NCBI GenBank assembly: GCA_951406725.2
Contig: OX597820.1
Location: forward strand, 17,050,001-17,114,000
Origin: Octopus vulgaris
Lineage: Eukaryota
Direction of reading: 5' to 3'
Length of the DNA: 64,000 bases
Below the pieces are notes generated by a model. That model saw nothing but the letters and a program-made list of their open reading frames with translations, had not been told where the DNA came from and made no database searches. Position numbers and translations under genes: made by a program. Position 1 is the stretch's first letter. Each line of letters starts with the position of its first letter. Below are positions 27,636 through 42,193 of this stretch, piece by piece.

Positions 27636-27797
27636 GACGGGCTTCTTTCAGTTTCCGTCTACCAAATCCTCTCAAAAGGCTTTGGTCGGCCCGAGGCTAT
27701 AGTAGAAGACACTTCCCGAAGGTGCCACGTAGTGTGACTGAACCCGGAACCATGTGGTTCGTAAACAAGCTACTTACCTCATAGCCACTCCTGCGCT
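27358..27797 (-). mobile_element. SINE family B with internal inverted duplication
   Basis: Homology to family B; hairpin at 27578-27661 around (TA)n. Confidence 0.88.
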
Positions 27798-27825
27798 TAT
27801 ATTATATACTGCTTATATAATATAT

Positions 27826-28400
27826 CCTTTTCTACTCTAGACATAATGCCCAAAATTTGGGGGGAGAGGGGTCCAGTTGAATAAATCGACACCAGTACGT
27901 AACTGGTACTTAATTTATCGACCCCCGAAAGCATGAAAGGCAAAGTCGACCTCGGCGGAGTTTCAACTCAGAATGTAGCGGCAGACGAAATACCTATTTC
28001 TTTACTACCCACAAGGAGCTACACACAGAGGGAACAAATAAGGACAGACAAACGGATTAAGTTGATTATATCGACCCCAGTGCGTAACTGGTACTTATTT
28101 AATCAACCTCGAAAAGGATGAAAGGCAAAGTCGACCTCGGCGGAATTTGAACTCAGAACGTAACGGCAGACTAAATACCTATTTCTTTACTACCCACAAG
28201 GGGCTACACACAGATGGGACGAACAAAGACAGACAAACGGATTAAGTCGATTATATCGACCCCAGTGCGTAACTGGTACCTAGTTTATCGATCCCGAAAG
28301 GATGAAAGGCAAAGTCAGCCTCGGCGGAATTTGAACTCAGAACGTAACGGCAGACGAAATACCGCTAAGCGTGCTAACGTTTCTACCAGCTCACCGCCTC
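27826..28400 (-). mobile_element. SINE family A trimer
   Basis: Junctions -AAATAC/CTATTTCTTTACTACCC at ~27990 and ~28180. Confidence 0.85.
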
Positions 28401-28701
28401 GCTTATATATTATTACATAACGTATTGCTTTTAGGTATTATTGACGTTTCGCGTCCCACTGTCTTTCTTTTATTAGCTTTGATTAGTAGACATACGTATT
28501 CCTAATGATTTTAATGAATGTATAGTTTCTTTCTACATAGTTCATGTTTAACTTTATAATTTAAAGCATTAATGCTAATTCGTTATTTATGACTCATGCG
28601 TAACATTTTGCTTTATTATCGATTTCGACTTTTTGACTTTTTGAAGCTAAAGTTGAAATACTTTATAAAATAGAATTTCTATATGCCATATACATATATA
28701 C

Positions 28702-28739
<38 letters not shown>

Positions 28740-29451
28740 GTATACATAGCTACGTTTATGTATTCGCGCGCGTGTCTATCGAATTACATTGGTTATAAAA
28801 ATTGTTTTGTTTCCAAAATGAATATTGTCCATCAAATAACATCGTTAAAACATCAAAACTCTGTATCAAGCGAATTAGTCAAATTTATGTAGCGAGTGGT
28901 ATTTAGAAGCACAAATGGGATGTATTTGACAATATTTTACACCTCGTTAGCATTTGTAAAATAAAGAAAAAAATCCTTTTGAAATTATTAATTAGTAACG
29001 AAGCAGTTTTTTTGTTAGAAAACTAATGGTGTAACTAATTACTCATGAAGTGCACAGAGAACAACCAAAATTCAACCAATAAAGTATACAGCCATTCTCA
29101 ATACTTTGCTCCAGGTTCGAACGTGAATGTATGACCGCTATTGTTTTCCTAATCGGACATTAACACCTCCCGATGCATGTTAATAACATACACGATTTCC
29201 TGGTATAAGGGAGGTCTTTGAGATACTACGGTGTTTCGGCCTTATTGTGTGTCTCCTCAGTCAAAGCCAATCTGGATCAATGAAAGGAAAAATGTCACAG
29301 GCTTTCGTATATAGAAATCAGCAATCGAATGATTTGCGTGCTGTCCCCTGCCTAAAAGGAACCCCTAACAGTCATGAGGTACAAGACACGTATAAAAAAA
29401 ACCGAGAAATCAAACACACCGACCATAGATTCACGTTCGAATCTCCTTGTA

Positions 29452-29665
29452 GGCAGTAAAGAAATAAGAAGCGTTAGCACGCCGGGCGAAATGCTTAGCG
29501 GTGTTTCGTCTGTTTTTACGGTCTGAGTTCAAATTCCGCCGAGGTCGACTTTGCCTTTCATCCTTTCGGGTTCGATAAATTAAATACCAGTTTCTTACTG
29601 GGTCGATCTAATCGACCTGCCCTGTCCCCAAAAATTTCGGGCCTTGCGCACTAGAATAGAAAAGA
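29452..29665 (+). mobile_element. SINE family A
   Basis: Homology to family A. Confidence 0.82.
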
Positions 29666-29782
29666 ATGTGTATACTTTTATGCACTAAGCACCTATATGA
29701 GAGGATCTCTCGAGGCTAATAACACAGTATTCGGTTCCCCAACGGGACGTCCATGGTAATTTGGATATAAAGATTACCATTT

Positions 29783-30180
29783 ATAGGCGCAGGAGTGGCT
29801 GTGTGGTAAGTAGCTTGCTTCCCAACCACACGGTTTCGGGTTCAGTCCCACTGCGTGGCACCTTGGGCAAGTGTCTTCTACTATAGCCTCGGGCCGACCA
29901 AAGCCTTGTGAGTGGATTTGGTAGACGGAAACTGAAAGAAACCCGTCGTATGTATATATGTACGTGTGTATATATTTGTGCGTCTGTGTTTGTTCCCCCA
30001 CCATCGCTTGACAACTGATGCTGTTGTGTTTACGTCCCCGTAACTTAGCGGTTCGGCAAAAGCGACTGATAGAACAAGTACCAGGCTTACAAAGAATAAG
30101 TCCTGGGGTCGATTTGTTCGTCTAAAGGTGGTGCTCCAGCATGGCCGCAGTCAAATTACCGAAACAAATAAAAGGATGAA
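29783..30180 (+). mobile_element. SINE family B, full length
   Basis: Homology to family B. Confidence 0.9.
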
Positions 30181-30620
30181 AGAATTTGTAATTAATACTG
30201 CTTTCGTTGCTAATAGTTAATTTTTAATAAACCTACAGGTTATCGGTGTCTGAAAAGATGTTGCTATTCTACATATTGTATATATTCTATACCTTGTATT
30301 TCGTCAGATGTTTTGCTGAAACATCGAGTTACAACCAATCTGACTGGTATGTATGTGTGTGTTTCTTTGTGTATTGGCAAAGAATGAAAATCATTGGTGA
30401 GGCTACGATAATACATGGCAGTATTTAATTTAACTCCAGTTTTGCCTTTTTTACATTACATTTGATTTGCCTTCTGTCCGTTACGCGACTGCTAGAAGCT
30501 GTACCGAACTAAAATAAAGTATTGGTGTTATTTAATATAATTGAAACAATCAACTTAAGTGTATGGTAACATATAAATAAATAAATACATAGACACGCAC
30601 ACACACATATATATCCATAA

Positions 30621-30694
<74 letters not shown>

Positions 30695-30845
30695 TTTGAT
30701 ACTTTGATAGGTTTCGGCCATTATTGGCCCAGGCCATGTCTAACTTAATAGCACCACCTGGTGCTATATATATATATAAGATTTTTTTTTGTAATAAAAT
30801 AAAAAACCAAGGCTGTATAGATATTAGAGCATTTATAGATAGAAG

Positions 30846-30897
30846 GTCTTACAGCTGTTTCTAGGATATTAATTAATAATATCCCTTCATCGGAGAC
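30846..30897 (-). ncRNA. Type I hammerhead motif (U4C in this copy)
   Basis: GTCT|CCGATGA|aGGGATATTA-ttaat-TAATATCCTa|GAAAC-agct-GTA|AGAC; truncated sister at 43331-43376; relative with CTGATGA at ~63030-63055. Confidence 0.68.
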
Positions 30898-31622
30898 GGT
30901 GTGAGAGGAAGAATTAAGTCATAGTTAGTTTCGATGTGATACAAATAGAGAGTGAGGTGGAGGAAAGAAAATAGATGTAAGATATTTATGGGTGTTGAAT
31001 TTGTAAATCCGTTTTATAAGCATAATAGCATATATTGGTATACATGAAATTTTCCAATATCCTTTGTGTAAAATCCAAAAGTCCAACAGAGTTTAATATG
31101 AGTCCTTCCAAATATAGAGTTTATAAGCAATGCAAGATATATATATATATATATGGCTGGACAGGATTTTATTGAATTAGCGACGGAAACAAATTGTAAA
31201 AGAAAATACAATCAATGGACAAAATTAAGCAGAGGTTAAAACGTAGATTTGAGACTAGTTCCACTGTATAGGAGGTCGGATAAGTATCTTCCACAATTGC
31301 CCTGAGTTTACCGATGCCTTGTGAATTAAATTTAGATGACGGAAAATGTGTGGAAGCCTGATGTATATATACATACATATACATACATATATATATATAT
31401 ATATATATGCATAGATATAAAAGTGTATAAAGAGTTATACACAGAAAGAAAACCCTTGATAGGACTCCCTACATGCTAAAAATGGCCGTTAAACCTAACC
31501 ACGAAAAAATAATTCTTTAGGAACGCCGTTAATGGTACTAGAGTGAACAAAACATATATATATATATATATATATATATACTTATAAGAAAGTTGGTTTG
31601 TGAAAGCACGTGGTTGATATAG

Positions 31623-31864
31623 AAAATAGAAAGTGAAAAACTACATAAAGTGATGCGTATATCTGAAGAATATTAAAATTTTTTCTTACAATGTACGACG
31701 TTATCATAACGTTAACATAACGTCGTAAGAAATTTGAAAAGCTAAACACGAAACTGGTCTTTCTTCTAAACTATGTCATTGTAGAAAATTTTAATATTCT
31801 TCAGACATATTGACGCAAATATATATATTTTTAACCTTTAACCTTTGTAGTTTTTCACTTTTAC

Positions 31865-31870
<6 letters not shown>
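31623..31870. mobile_element. Fold-back copy of the PLE 3' end
   Basis: Inverted arms homologous to 11716-11900; central hairpin TACGACGTTAT...ATAACGTCGTA; GAAACTGGTC. Confidence 0.65.
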
Positions 31871-31922
<52 letters not shown>

Positions 31923-32180
31923 TTATAACATAAGGATATAAGGATATAATCATAAAGTGATTATATCAGTGGCTTAAAAATGACTGTATAAGTAACATTA
32001 ACTTTTTACGTATATAATTATAACGATATAACTATAGTTAATGGCTGGTAGAAATGACGGTCACCAATGCTAGAAGCAGGTGTCAAATACCTACAATCCA
32101 CTCTACAATTTGTTCTCAATATTCAACCACATCATCTTTATGATTATATACATATGTATGTGTGTATATATATATATGTG

Positions 32181-32242
<62 letters not shown>

Positions 32243-32254
32243 ATATATATATAT

Positions 32255-32450
32255 TTCATTTTTGGATTTGTTTGCAAAATTCTTTATGTCAGTTCGTGTG
32301 TTGAAGCATATTCTGTTGAGCCTGGGGAGAGTAATTTTCTTTGTGTAACTTATAATTTAACACACTTAGAAACAAGTGGAAATTTTACCGGTGAGTGTGT
32401 TAAATTATAAAGCACAAAAAGAAAATGGCTCTCTCCAGACACAACAGTAT
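32255..32450. mobile_element. Fold-back of the U3-A8 family, ribozyme deleted
   Basis: Homology to the 20435 and 49030 elements; inverted arms. Confidence 0.7.
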
Positions 32451-32469
32451 ATACATAATACATACAAAC

Positions 32470-32527
<58 letters not shown>

Positions 32528-32531
<4 letters not shown>

Positions 32532-32614
32532 AGATAAGCAGCAAGGATATCCAGAGGTAATGCAGTACGATCGTTTCTGCATTATCTCTGGATATCCTTG
32601 TTGGTTATTTTGAT
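32528..32614. repeat. Fold-back with HHR stem III (GAAACGATCGTA on minus) as loop
   Basis: ~38-bp arms; related to 62392-62520. Confidence 0.75.
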
Positions 32615-32704
32615 TATAATCACCCCATTTTGAATTATCTGGATAATACCATACTAAATTCTGGTGCCTTTAACTTAAGTACCATATTCAACTGAATCTA
32701 AATT

Positions 32705-32752
<48 letters not shown>

Positions 32753-32937
32753 CCGATTCTAAGTTTTCCATTTATCAGATGTTCTTCCTAGAGGTAAGAC
32801 AAATTTTTTTTCATGTTTGTTGCACACACACGTCTTTGCTAGTATATACGCAGTGAAGCTATACAATAGCGTCGTATTTATTACGATTGCTATTTTCCAG
32901 TAAACATCGGTGCCTCGTTGTACCATTTATTTACTTT

Positions 32938-32969
<32 letters not shown>

Positions 32970-33425
32970 TGTATGTATGTATGTATGTATGTATGTATGT
33001 ATGTATGTAGGTATGTATGTATGTATGTATGTATGTATGTATATATATATCAATATATATATGCACACGCATATGTAAGCATATTTGTATATGTGTATGT
33101 GTGTGTGAGTGTCGCTTTGTGTTTCTTTCTTATTACTCTTTCCACTTGACAACCGGTGTTGCTTGTAACGTCCCCGGGAGAAGATGCACCAGACATAAGA
33201 GAATTAAACGTAATTACTTCGGGCGATTTCTTCTAATAAAACCCTTCAAGACAATGCCACAGCACAGTGGCAGTCCAAATATAGAAACCAATACAGGATA
33301 AGAAGATAACATAGAAACGGCAAAATATTTTACATAAAGAAAAGAGAGAAACAAATGCCAGGAAGGAAAAAAAACATGAAAGAAAGAGATTAAAAGATTT
33401 AAGTAAAAACAACACACACAGACAC

Positions 33426-33490
<65 letters not shown>

Positions 33491-34004
33491 AAGGTGTAAA
33501 AATAAGAAAACAGTTAATCAGAAACAACTAAAATATAAAGAAAACGTAAGCAAAAAATAAATCACAAAAACGAAAGACAAACAAAATAAACACAGAACAG
33601 ATACACATATCTAAACAAGCATACATACATACATACATACATACATACAGACATATATACATAGATCCATCCATTCATCCATACATATATACGTACATAC
33701 GTACATAAATACATCTATCTATATAGGTATATATATACATATATATAAATATATATACATACATACTTACATGCATACATGCATACATGCATACATATAT
33801 ACATACAACACACACACATAGAAAGCCTACTCTGAAAGAGAGACAAAGAGTAAAAGTTTGCTGTTATCTGGGATTCGTACGCAGAAGTAACGTGTACTGA
33901 AAGTGTGCTAATAAGCTTGTTAGATGGAAAATAAAAAGGAAACTAAACGATGCGAGAGACAAACAAATAAATATAAAACAGAATATACATATATATATGA
34001 TACA

Positions 34005-34073
<69 letters not shown>

Positions 34074-34088
34074 TGTATGTATATATAA

Positions 34089-34191
<103 letters not shown>

Positions 34192-34541
34192 AATATGTAT
34201 GTATGTATATATATATATATATATATTTATATATAAATATGTGTGTATGTATATATGTATATACCTATATATATATACGGGAATAAAAAAGTAAAAAAAA
34301 TTTGTTTCCATTGATTAAGTATAATGAGATTGAATGTGAAATATAAGGTAATGGAGTACGAATATATATGTATATATATATATATGATATGTGATATATA
34401 TATATTATATGAAGTTTCGTTACCATTTTCTTTTAGCGAATACTTTCCCATAAATATTTTAATGTACAAATATACAAATGCAGGTTTCATATTTTCTCGC
34501 ATCTGATTATTCTGCTTTCGATTACCGTATGTATGCATCTG

Positions 34542-34625
<84 letters not shown>

Positions 34626-35161
34626 ATTTGTGTGTGTGCATCTGTGTGCGTGGGTGTGTGTATGTATGTATATATCTATATCTCTATATATCTATCTATC
34701 TATCTGTCTATCTATGTATATACATGCATACACACACATACACCCCCACACACTCACACACACGCATATACTCACACACAAAAACACACACACATATATA
34801 CATATGTTTATATATACATGTACACATGCAGACACACACAAATACACATATATTTATAGACACACGTCCACTCACATACCTTGAATAGAATGCTACGCAG
34901 TTTTTGAACCAAGATTCACTTGTACGATCTACATTTAATCACACACACACACACAAAACCATACCCCCGTTTCTTGCCTTAGAAGTGCAGGCAAACAGCC
35001 AACGTTTTTCTATTAAGGCCAATGCATGCCAACAGTGTCAAATGTATACGAACTTAGATGTATGCTCACAAATTGTAATGCATCCCAGAAATGTGTTGGA
35101 ATTTGTCACAATATACAAGTGAGCATACATTCGTGTCCTTAAGTCTTCTCTTGCAATTGTT

Positions 35162-35405
35162 TACCATCAGAACGCGCAGTTTGAATCATCGTCAATTCAA
35201 GACCTTCCTGGAGCAAATGTATAGTGAATATGGAGAGCTGCTTTATCAGTCTGAGGTACGCTGGTTCCGTCGGGGTAATGTTTTGGAGAGGTTCTTTGCG
35301 CTTAGGGAAGAAATAGGTGTTCATGGCTATGAAGCAAACAGATGTTCCAGAATTCGATTTTTGTACGTTTGGCTTTCCTTGTTGACATCACCAGGCACCT
35401 GAATA
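35162..35405 (+). pseudogene. Isolated hAT transposase fragment
   Basis: TIRTRSLNHRQFKTFLEQMYSEYGELLYQSEVRW...LERFFALREEI; closely similar to 37716-37945. Confidence 0.85.
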
Positions 35406-36180
35406 AGACAAGAAGTGTAAGACAAAACGCGATCGTATCTTTCATCGATGAGGTGTTTACCGATTAGCATTTACATCAGCGGTACCATGCCAGAATATTC
35501 TACCAGCTTTATAATCAAACCTCCGAGACCCACCCACGCACACTTAATCTGCAATGTTATTAGAATCTATAGAATCTAAAGATATACAATCATATCGAAT
35601 TCTCGAATCTACGAGATATTGCATAATCAATGGTAAATTATGTGAATAAATAAGCATTACTTTCGACTGTGTACTAAAATGCTACAGCGTTATAAGCGAT
35701 ATCTTCAGATATCTTTCAACCCTCTAAACTCATACTACAGAATTAGATATATATTTATTTGTTTATTGCCCACAGGGGGCTAAACATAGAGGGGACAAAC
35801 AGGACAGACAAAGAGATTAAGTCGATAACATCGACGCCAGTGCGTAACTGGTACTTATTTAATTGACCCCGAAAGGATGAAAGGCAAAAAAAAAAAAAAA
35901 ATCATTAAGTATTACGCACACAGACAAGCTCGACCGATATTAGTTTAAAACAGGGTGGGAATGTACATTCCCCGATCCCCGAATCATTTCAGAATGTAAA
36001 AAGAAACAGTTTTAGAAAAAAAATGAAAAGAAGTGCCAATTTCTGGCAATTTATAGGTGAGTACCCACTGAGAGCTTTTTTTTTGCTCTCTGAAAAGGTA
36101 TTTAGGAACTCCTCCTCCCGTCCCCAACTCCCCCCCCAACTTCTCCCCCCACCTTCCTGAATTTTCTTCTGGCTACAGGC

Positions 36181-36268
<88 letters not shown>

Positions 36269-36289
36269 TATATATATATAAAATATATA

Positions 36290-36520
36290 TTTCTTTACTA
36301 CCCACAAGGAGCTAAACACAGAGGGGACAAACAAGGACAGACAAACGGATTAAGTCGATTATATCGATTCCAGTGCGTAACTGGTACTTAATTTATCGAC
36401 CCCGAAAGGAGGAAAGGCAAAGTCGACCTCGACGGAATTTGAACTCAGAACGTAACGGCAGACAAAATACGGCTACGCATTTCGCCCGGCGTGCTAACGT
36501 TTCTGCCAGCTCGCCGCCTT
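36290..36520 (-). mobile_element. SINE family A
   Basis: Homology to family A. Confidence 0.88.
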
Positions 36521-36654
36521 TATATATAATATAATAATATAATTTATCTAATCCGGATTCCTTTTTCATTTCTTTTCAGTTAGAATTGGAAGCATACCAA
36601 CTTTTGAGTGATAATAAAACAAAAGGACATTGAGTAAAATCACTCTCCATCAAG

Positions 36655-38573
36655 ATGGCTTCTGAAAGAAAAAAACAAAAAAGAAAATATTGGATGAAAA
36701 TATTTCAAGAACGTTGGGACGATAGCTACTTTGTGATCCAGAGTCAAGCACGTGCAAATGGGAAATGCCAGATTCATTGTCTTATTTGCTTGCAGACGAT
36801 TGTCGTTCCCAAAGAGTACAACATCAAGCGGCACTACATGTCACTTGACAAGTTCGAAAGGATATTAAGGCATGATAAACTTTGTCTACTGAAATCATCT
36901 CTATCACAACAGAGACATGTTTTCAACAAGGTACACAGATCGTCAGAAGATGTTGTAAACGCCAGCTTTGTAATCAGTCAAATGATTGCAAGGACATCAC
37001 ACCCATTTCCTGAAGGTCAATTCGTGGAAGACTGTTTGGTGAATGTTGCCCAAGTTCTCTGTCCGGAAAAAAGGGAAAATTTTTTCTGAAATTAATCTTT
37101 CTGCTAACACTCTGCATTTTTTGCAATTTTCATTCGTGGCATTGACAAAGATATCAAAATGACCGAGAAACTTTTGACTTAGTTCAACTGAAAAACACGA
37201 CAGCAGGAAGAGATGTTTTTAAAGTGTTGGAAAGTTCCGTTGAAGGTACTGGTTTGGAGTGGGAGAAGCTTGTGTCCTTAGCAACTGATGAAGCACCTGC
37301 GATGTGCTCTGAAAACTGTTTCTTTATTGCCCACAAGGGGCTAAATATAGAAGGAACAAACAAGGGCAGACAAACGGATTAAATCGATTACATCGACCCC
37401 AGTGCGTAACTAGTACTTAATTTATCGACCCCGAAAGAATGAAAGGCAAAGTTGACCTCGGCGGAATTTGAACTCAGAACGTAACGGCAGACGAAATACC
37501 GCTAAGCATTTCGCCCGGCGTGCTAACGATTCTGCCAGCTCTCCGACTTATGTTCTGAAAACTGTGGCAGCGTGATTGGTTTAGTTAAGTCAAAGCAACT
37601 TGAACTTGGCTGTCAACCTATTGTACTTGTTCATTGCCTGATTCACCAAGAGCCTCTTTGTGGAAAAGCAGTGAAGCTGTGAAATGTCATGGATGCCGTG
37701 GTCAAAATCATAAATACCATCAGAACACGCAGTTTGAATCATTGCCAATTCAAGACCTTCCTGGAGCAAATGGATAGTGAATATGGAGAGATGCTTTATC
37801 ACTCTGAGGCACGCTGGCTAAGTCGCGGTAAAGTTTTGGAGAGGTTCTTTGCGCTTAGGGAAGAAATAGATGTTCATGGCTACGAAGCAAACAGATGTTT
37901 CATAATTCGATTTTTGTACATTTGGCTTTCACTAAGCACCTGAATACACTTAATTTGAAATTCCAAGGCGTGATTATGCAAATGAGTGATAACATCACTG
38001 CTTTCAAGATGAGACTATGTCTGTGGGAGAAACAATTACTACTAAAAATATTGACCATTTCCCATCGCTGAAAACGTTGAATCCAGTGGACGGTGATGCA
38101 CTAAAGGAGAGTGTGGAATATATCAACAAACTGCTGAGGGAATTTGCCAAATGATCCAAAGAACTGAAGGAAATGAAGCCACAGCTTGATGTGTTTTCGA
38201 ACCCCTTTTGCTGGTGATGTTAATGATGTTCCTTCTTCTATTCAAAATAAACATATTGACATCACATGTGATTCAGCATTAAATCAGAAGTTTTCAAATG
38301 CTGGAGTACCTCAGTTCTACACCTATGTTGACCCTGTGAAATACCCAAACATCATATGGTTAGTTAAGAAAGTGTTGTGTAAGTTTGGTAGCACATATGT
38401 GTGAGAGTTTTTTTTTTTTTTCAACCTTAAAATTGAACAAGATTTACCTGCGTTCCCGGCTGACAGATAACAATTTGAAATCATCTTTAACATTGGCAAC
38501 AACCAGAACAATAATGTCTGAAATTTCCGAGCTGGTTAAGGAAAAGCGGTACCAGAAAAGGAGCCAGTTTTGA
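36655..38573 (+). pseudogene. hAT transposase pseudogene (GTF2IRD2/SPIN-like) with BED-type zinc finger
   Basis: FQERWDDSYFV...CLICLQTIVVPKEYNIKRHY; LVSLATDEAPAM; HCLIHQE; EARWLSRGKVLERFF; FGSTYV-E; multiple stops and frameshifts. Confidence 0.9.
37319..37550 (-). mobile_element. SINE family A inserted in the transposase with 14-bp TSD
   Basis: TG(C/T)TCTGAAAACTG at 37305-37318 and 37551-37564. Confidence 0.9.
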
Positions 38574-38736
38574 GTACATTCTTTCTATATATATATTATA
38601 TGTTCCGGTTAAATTTACAATTTAAAAATAGGATAAAATCTTCATAAGAATTTATCAAGTAGTTAGCGTGAAAAACCTCATAAGAGAAAAAAATCCATCA
38701 ATTTTTTTCACTTAAATATATATATTTATATTATAT

Positions 38737-38849
38737 AGAGGGCATTATTACACATAAATGCCACACGCTAGGAGGGACTCTTAAAGTCAAAACTACTAAA
38801 ATAAAGAGTCCCTCCTAGCGTGTGGTATTTATGTATAATAACGCCCTCT
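38737..38849. repeat. 46-bp-arm inverted repeat beside (TA)n
   Basis: Arms 38737-38782 and 38804-38849. Confidence 0.85.
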
Positions 38850-39159
38850 CTCTATATATATGTATTATATGCCATAAAATGTCTGACCATCATTGTCGTC
38901 AGTTGGTGAGAGATATATAGGCTGCCTTTGTTTGGGAATCGAATTCTGGCGTCTTGATTTATAATCTATTTGTTTGGAAATAATAGGAAACAACATCAGG
39001 TACAGCTTTTCTTTGAAAGAGTTCCAAGCACATGCAGGAAAAAAGTTGTGGTCCTTTAAGACTCTCCCACCGGTATGAGGTGTGACCCTCGGGTCATATG
39101 AGTTGGAGACCCCTAGTTTAAAACGTGTCAACAATGGGATATGCGTAGCATGTCTTATC

Positions 39160-39560
39160 TTTTGTTTGTTTCAGCCACTGCACTCTGGCCATGCTGGGGC
39201 ACCGATTTGAAGGCATTAATCGAAAAAATCGACCCTAGTATTTAAAAAAAAATAGTCTGTATTTATTCTACCAGTCTCTTACACCAAACCACTAGGTTAC
39301 AGGGACATAAACAAACCAACACCAGTTGTCAAGCGATGATGAGGTACAATCAGAAACACAAAGAGACCCATGTACATAACCAAACACCAGGGACATACAT
39401 AGTACGGGATTCCACACAGTTTCCGTATACAAAATTCACTCACAATATATGGGTTAGCCCGGGCCTATAGTAGAAGACACTTGACCAAGACATCGTACAG
39501 TGGACCTGAACCCAAAGCCACGTACCTGCAAAGCCTGCTCCTTAACTCCACAACCACATG
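39160..39560 (-). mobile_element. Diverged SINE family B
   Basis: Degenerate homology to family B. Confidence 0.7.
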
Positions 39561-40187
39561 CTTGTGGGCATTTAACTCCGTGTATTCAAGCTTGTTAGGT
39601 GCTAAATATTTAAGATACAAATTATATTGTCATTGCAGAAGTTAGTCAGTACAGTAAAGAGAGTACAAAGAAACTCGGAGTAAGTAACAGGAAATTGCAT
39701 TAATCAACTAAAACATAATTGGAGGTAAGCAACAGAGACAAGTGACATACTACACCCACATCCTAACGAGTGTACATATATACATATCTATGTATATATA
39801 TACATATATATACATATATGTATATATATATACAAATATACATATCTATGTATATATGTATATAATATTCAAACATATATTTGCATGCATTATATTTATA
39901 AGTCTGTGTAAAATCTGTGTTTTTAAATATTTTTAGAGAATTTCTTCTTTAGATTATTACAAAAGAATTCTGTTTTATAATTATTTACTTACATACATTA
40001 AATTGTGTTCCATCTAGCACTCAGCTGAACCAGCTTGCTTGTTTATCCTTAAAAATCGCGGTTCCATCAATGATTATTTGTTTATCAGGTAAATCTTTTT
40101 ACCGTACAAGAATGGTGATTTCAAATAATTTTATGGTGCAATATATACATCCATCCATCGATCCAGCCAGCCATCATCCAAATATGT

Positions 40188-40237
<50 letters not shown>

Positions 40238-40316
40238 TGTATGATATACATGCGCACATACATATTCATATATATACATTTATTTATATCTATCTATCTA
40301 TCTATTTATCTCTCTA

Positions 40317-40357
<41 letters not shown>

Positions 40358-40370
40358 GTATCTATATATA

Positions 40371-40517
<147 letters not shown>

Positions 40518-40570
40518 ACACATATATATATATACAATATATATACATATATATATAAATATATATATAT

Positions 40571-40625
<55 letters not shown>

Positions 40626-41153
40626 AGGCGGTATTTGAGTAATTTCAGTAAAATGCTATAATTTAGAAATTAGAAAGTATTTGTGAATTGGAAAGCCTGT
40701 ACAAATATCTGAAGAATATTATACAAAATATATAAAAAAAAAAAGATGTACTTTCATCTTGTATCTTGCATACATGTATGGACGGGTCTGGAAAATAAGT
40801 AAGCAACTGAATGTGTGTGCATAAATGGAAATAAGAATTTAATGCAAAAGAAAAGTTGGGTGACAAAGCCATACACACATGTGTGAGTATGTGTGTGTGT
40901 GTGTGAATGTGTGTGTGTGTGTGTGTGCGCGCGTTTGTGTGCATGTATGAATCGATATATATTTATACAGACATGCATGTACATACACTTCTTTATATAT
41001 AGACACACCCACTCATATATATACATATATATACACATATATATTTATATATACATATAAGTGCTTATATATATATATATATATTTATATATACATATAA
41101 GTGCTTATATATATATATATATATATATATATAACGTGCCTGTATATATATAT

Positions 41154-41189
<36 letters not shown>

Positions 41190-41324
41190 ATATATATATA
41201 TACATACATATATATATATATACATACGTATATATACATACACACACAAATACACGCACACATACATAAACACACATATATATCATGTAGTACATTGTAC
41301 TACTCACACACAGACAAATATGTA

Positions 41325-41357
<33 letters not shown>

Positions 41358-42106
41358 GTGTATGTGTGTGTGTGCGTGTGTATGTGTACTGTAGTGAATT
41401 GGTTTCTCTGTATATCGGAAGATGCTGACATATTCAGCTGGCCATTACCATATAACTATCTACGCCTGTCAGCAGACTCCGGATTCATTTCGAAATAATC
41501 ATCGATTTGTCCTTTAGGCACAACTGTAATACTTAAAGACGATTTCAGTCAAGGGATTTGATCCTTCAGAACCATTTTGTATAATACTATTCCATCACCT
41601 AAGACAAGTCATGATATTCTAGATATCTAATTTCCATATGTTTGTGGCCTCCAGAAGAATGACATGTCAATGTGTCGTCTGCTTTTATTTCACTTGTCTT
41701 TAATTCGTCTTCTTCATTGTCAATCTGTCATCGCTGTTGTTTAACGTTTCCTGATTTTCTTTTTCCTAAGGTTTGATCACCGTACATATACTTCAAAAGA
41801 TTTTTTCGGAAATTTTCACTGCTGACGTTTGGCAACTTGTATCTTGCTAATTTGATACGTCTTGTCTAATCGCTGCTGAATTATTTATTCTTTATTTTCA
41901 TATATAAACATATAAACATTAATTGCTTATTCTCCATTTTACAGGTCTTTGATAATGAGTAGTAAAAAAATGCAATTAAAGTCATTTTATGTGCGAGGGC
42001 TGCAGCAAAAAAAAAAAAATTAATGATGTAGAAGGCCCAGGAACTATAATTATAATCGTTGTTGTTGTTGTTGTTGTTGTTGTTATTATTGTTATTATTA
42101 TTATTA

Positions 42107-42187
<81 letters not shown>

Positions 42188-42193
<6 letters not shown>

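Larger units (their letters stand above)
35951..39115 (+). mobile_element. Decayed hAT (Buster/SPIN/Charlie-like) DNA transposon, putative full extent
   Basis: 8-bp GTTTAAAA on both sides (35943-35950, 39116-39123); right end reads TAGGGGTCTCCAAC on minus; left end matches only CAGGG. Confidence 0.5.

Noticed and set aside
37285-37291. CTGATGA as a hammerhead core
   Set aside because: It encodes the transposase ATDE motif and has no stems; the CTGATGA at ~2220, ~47660 and ~63735 likewise lack convincing partners
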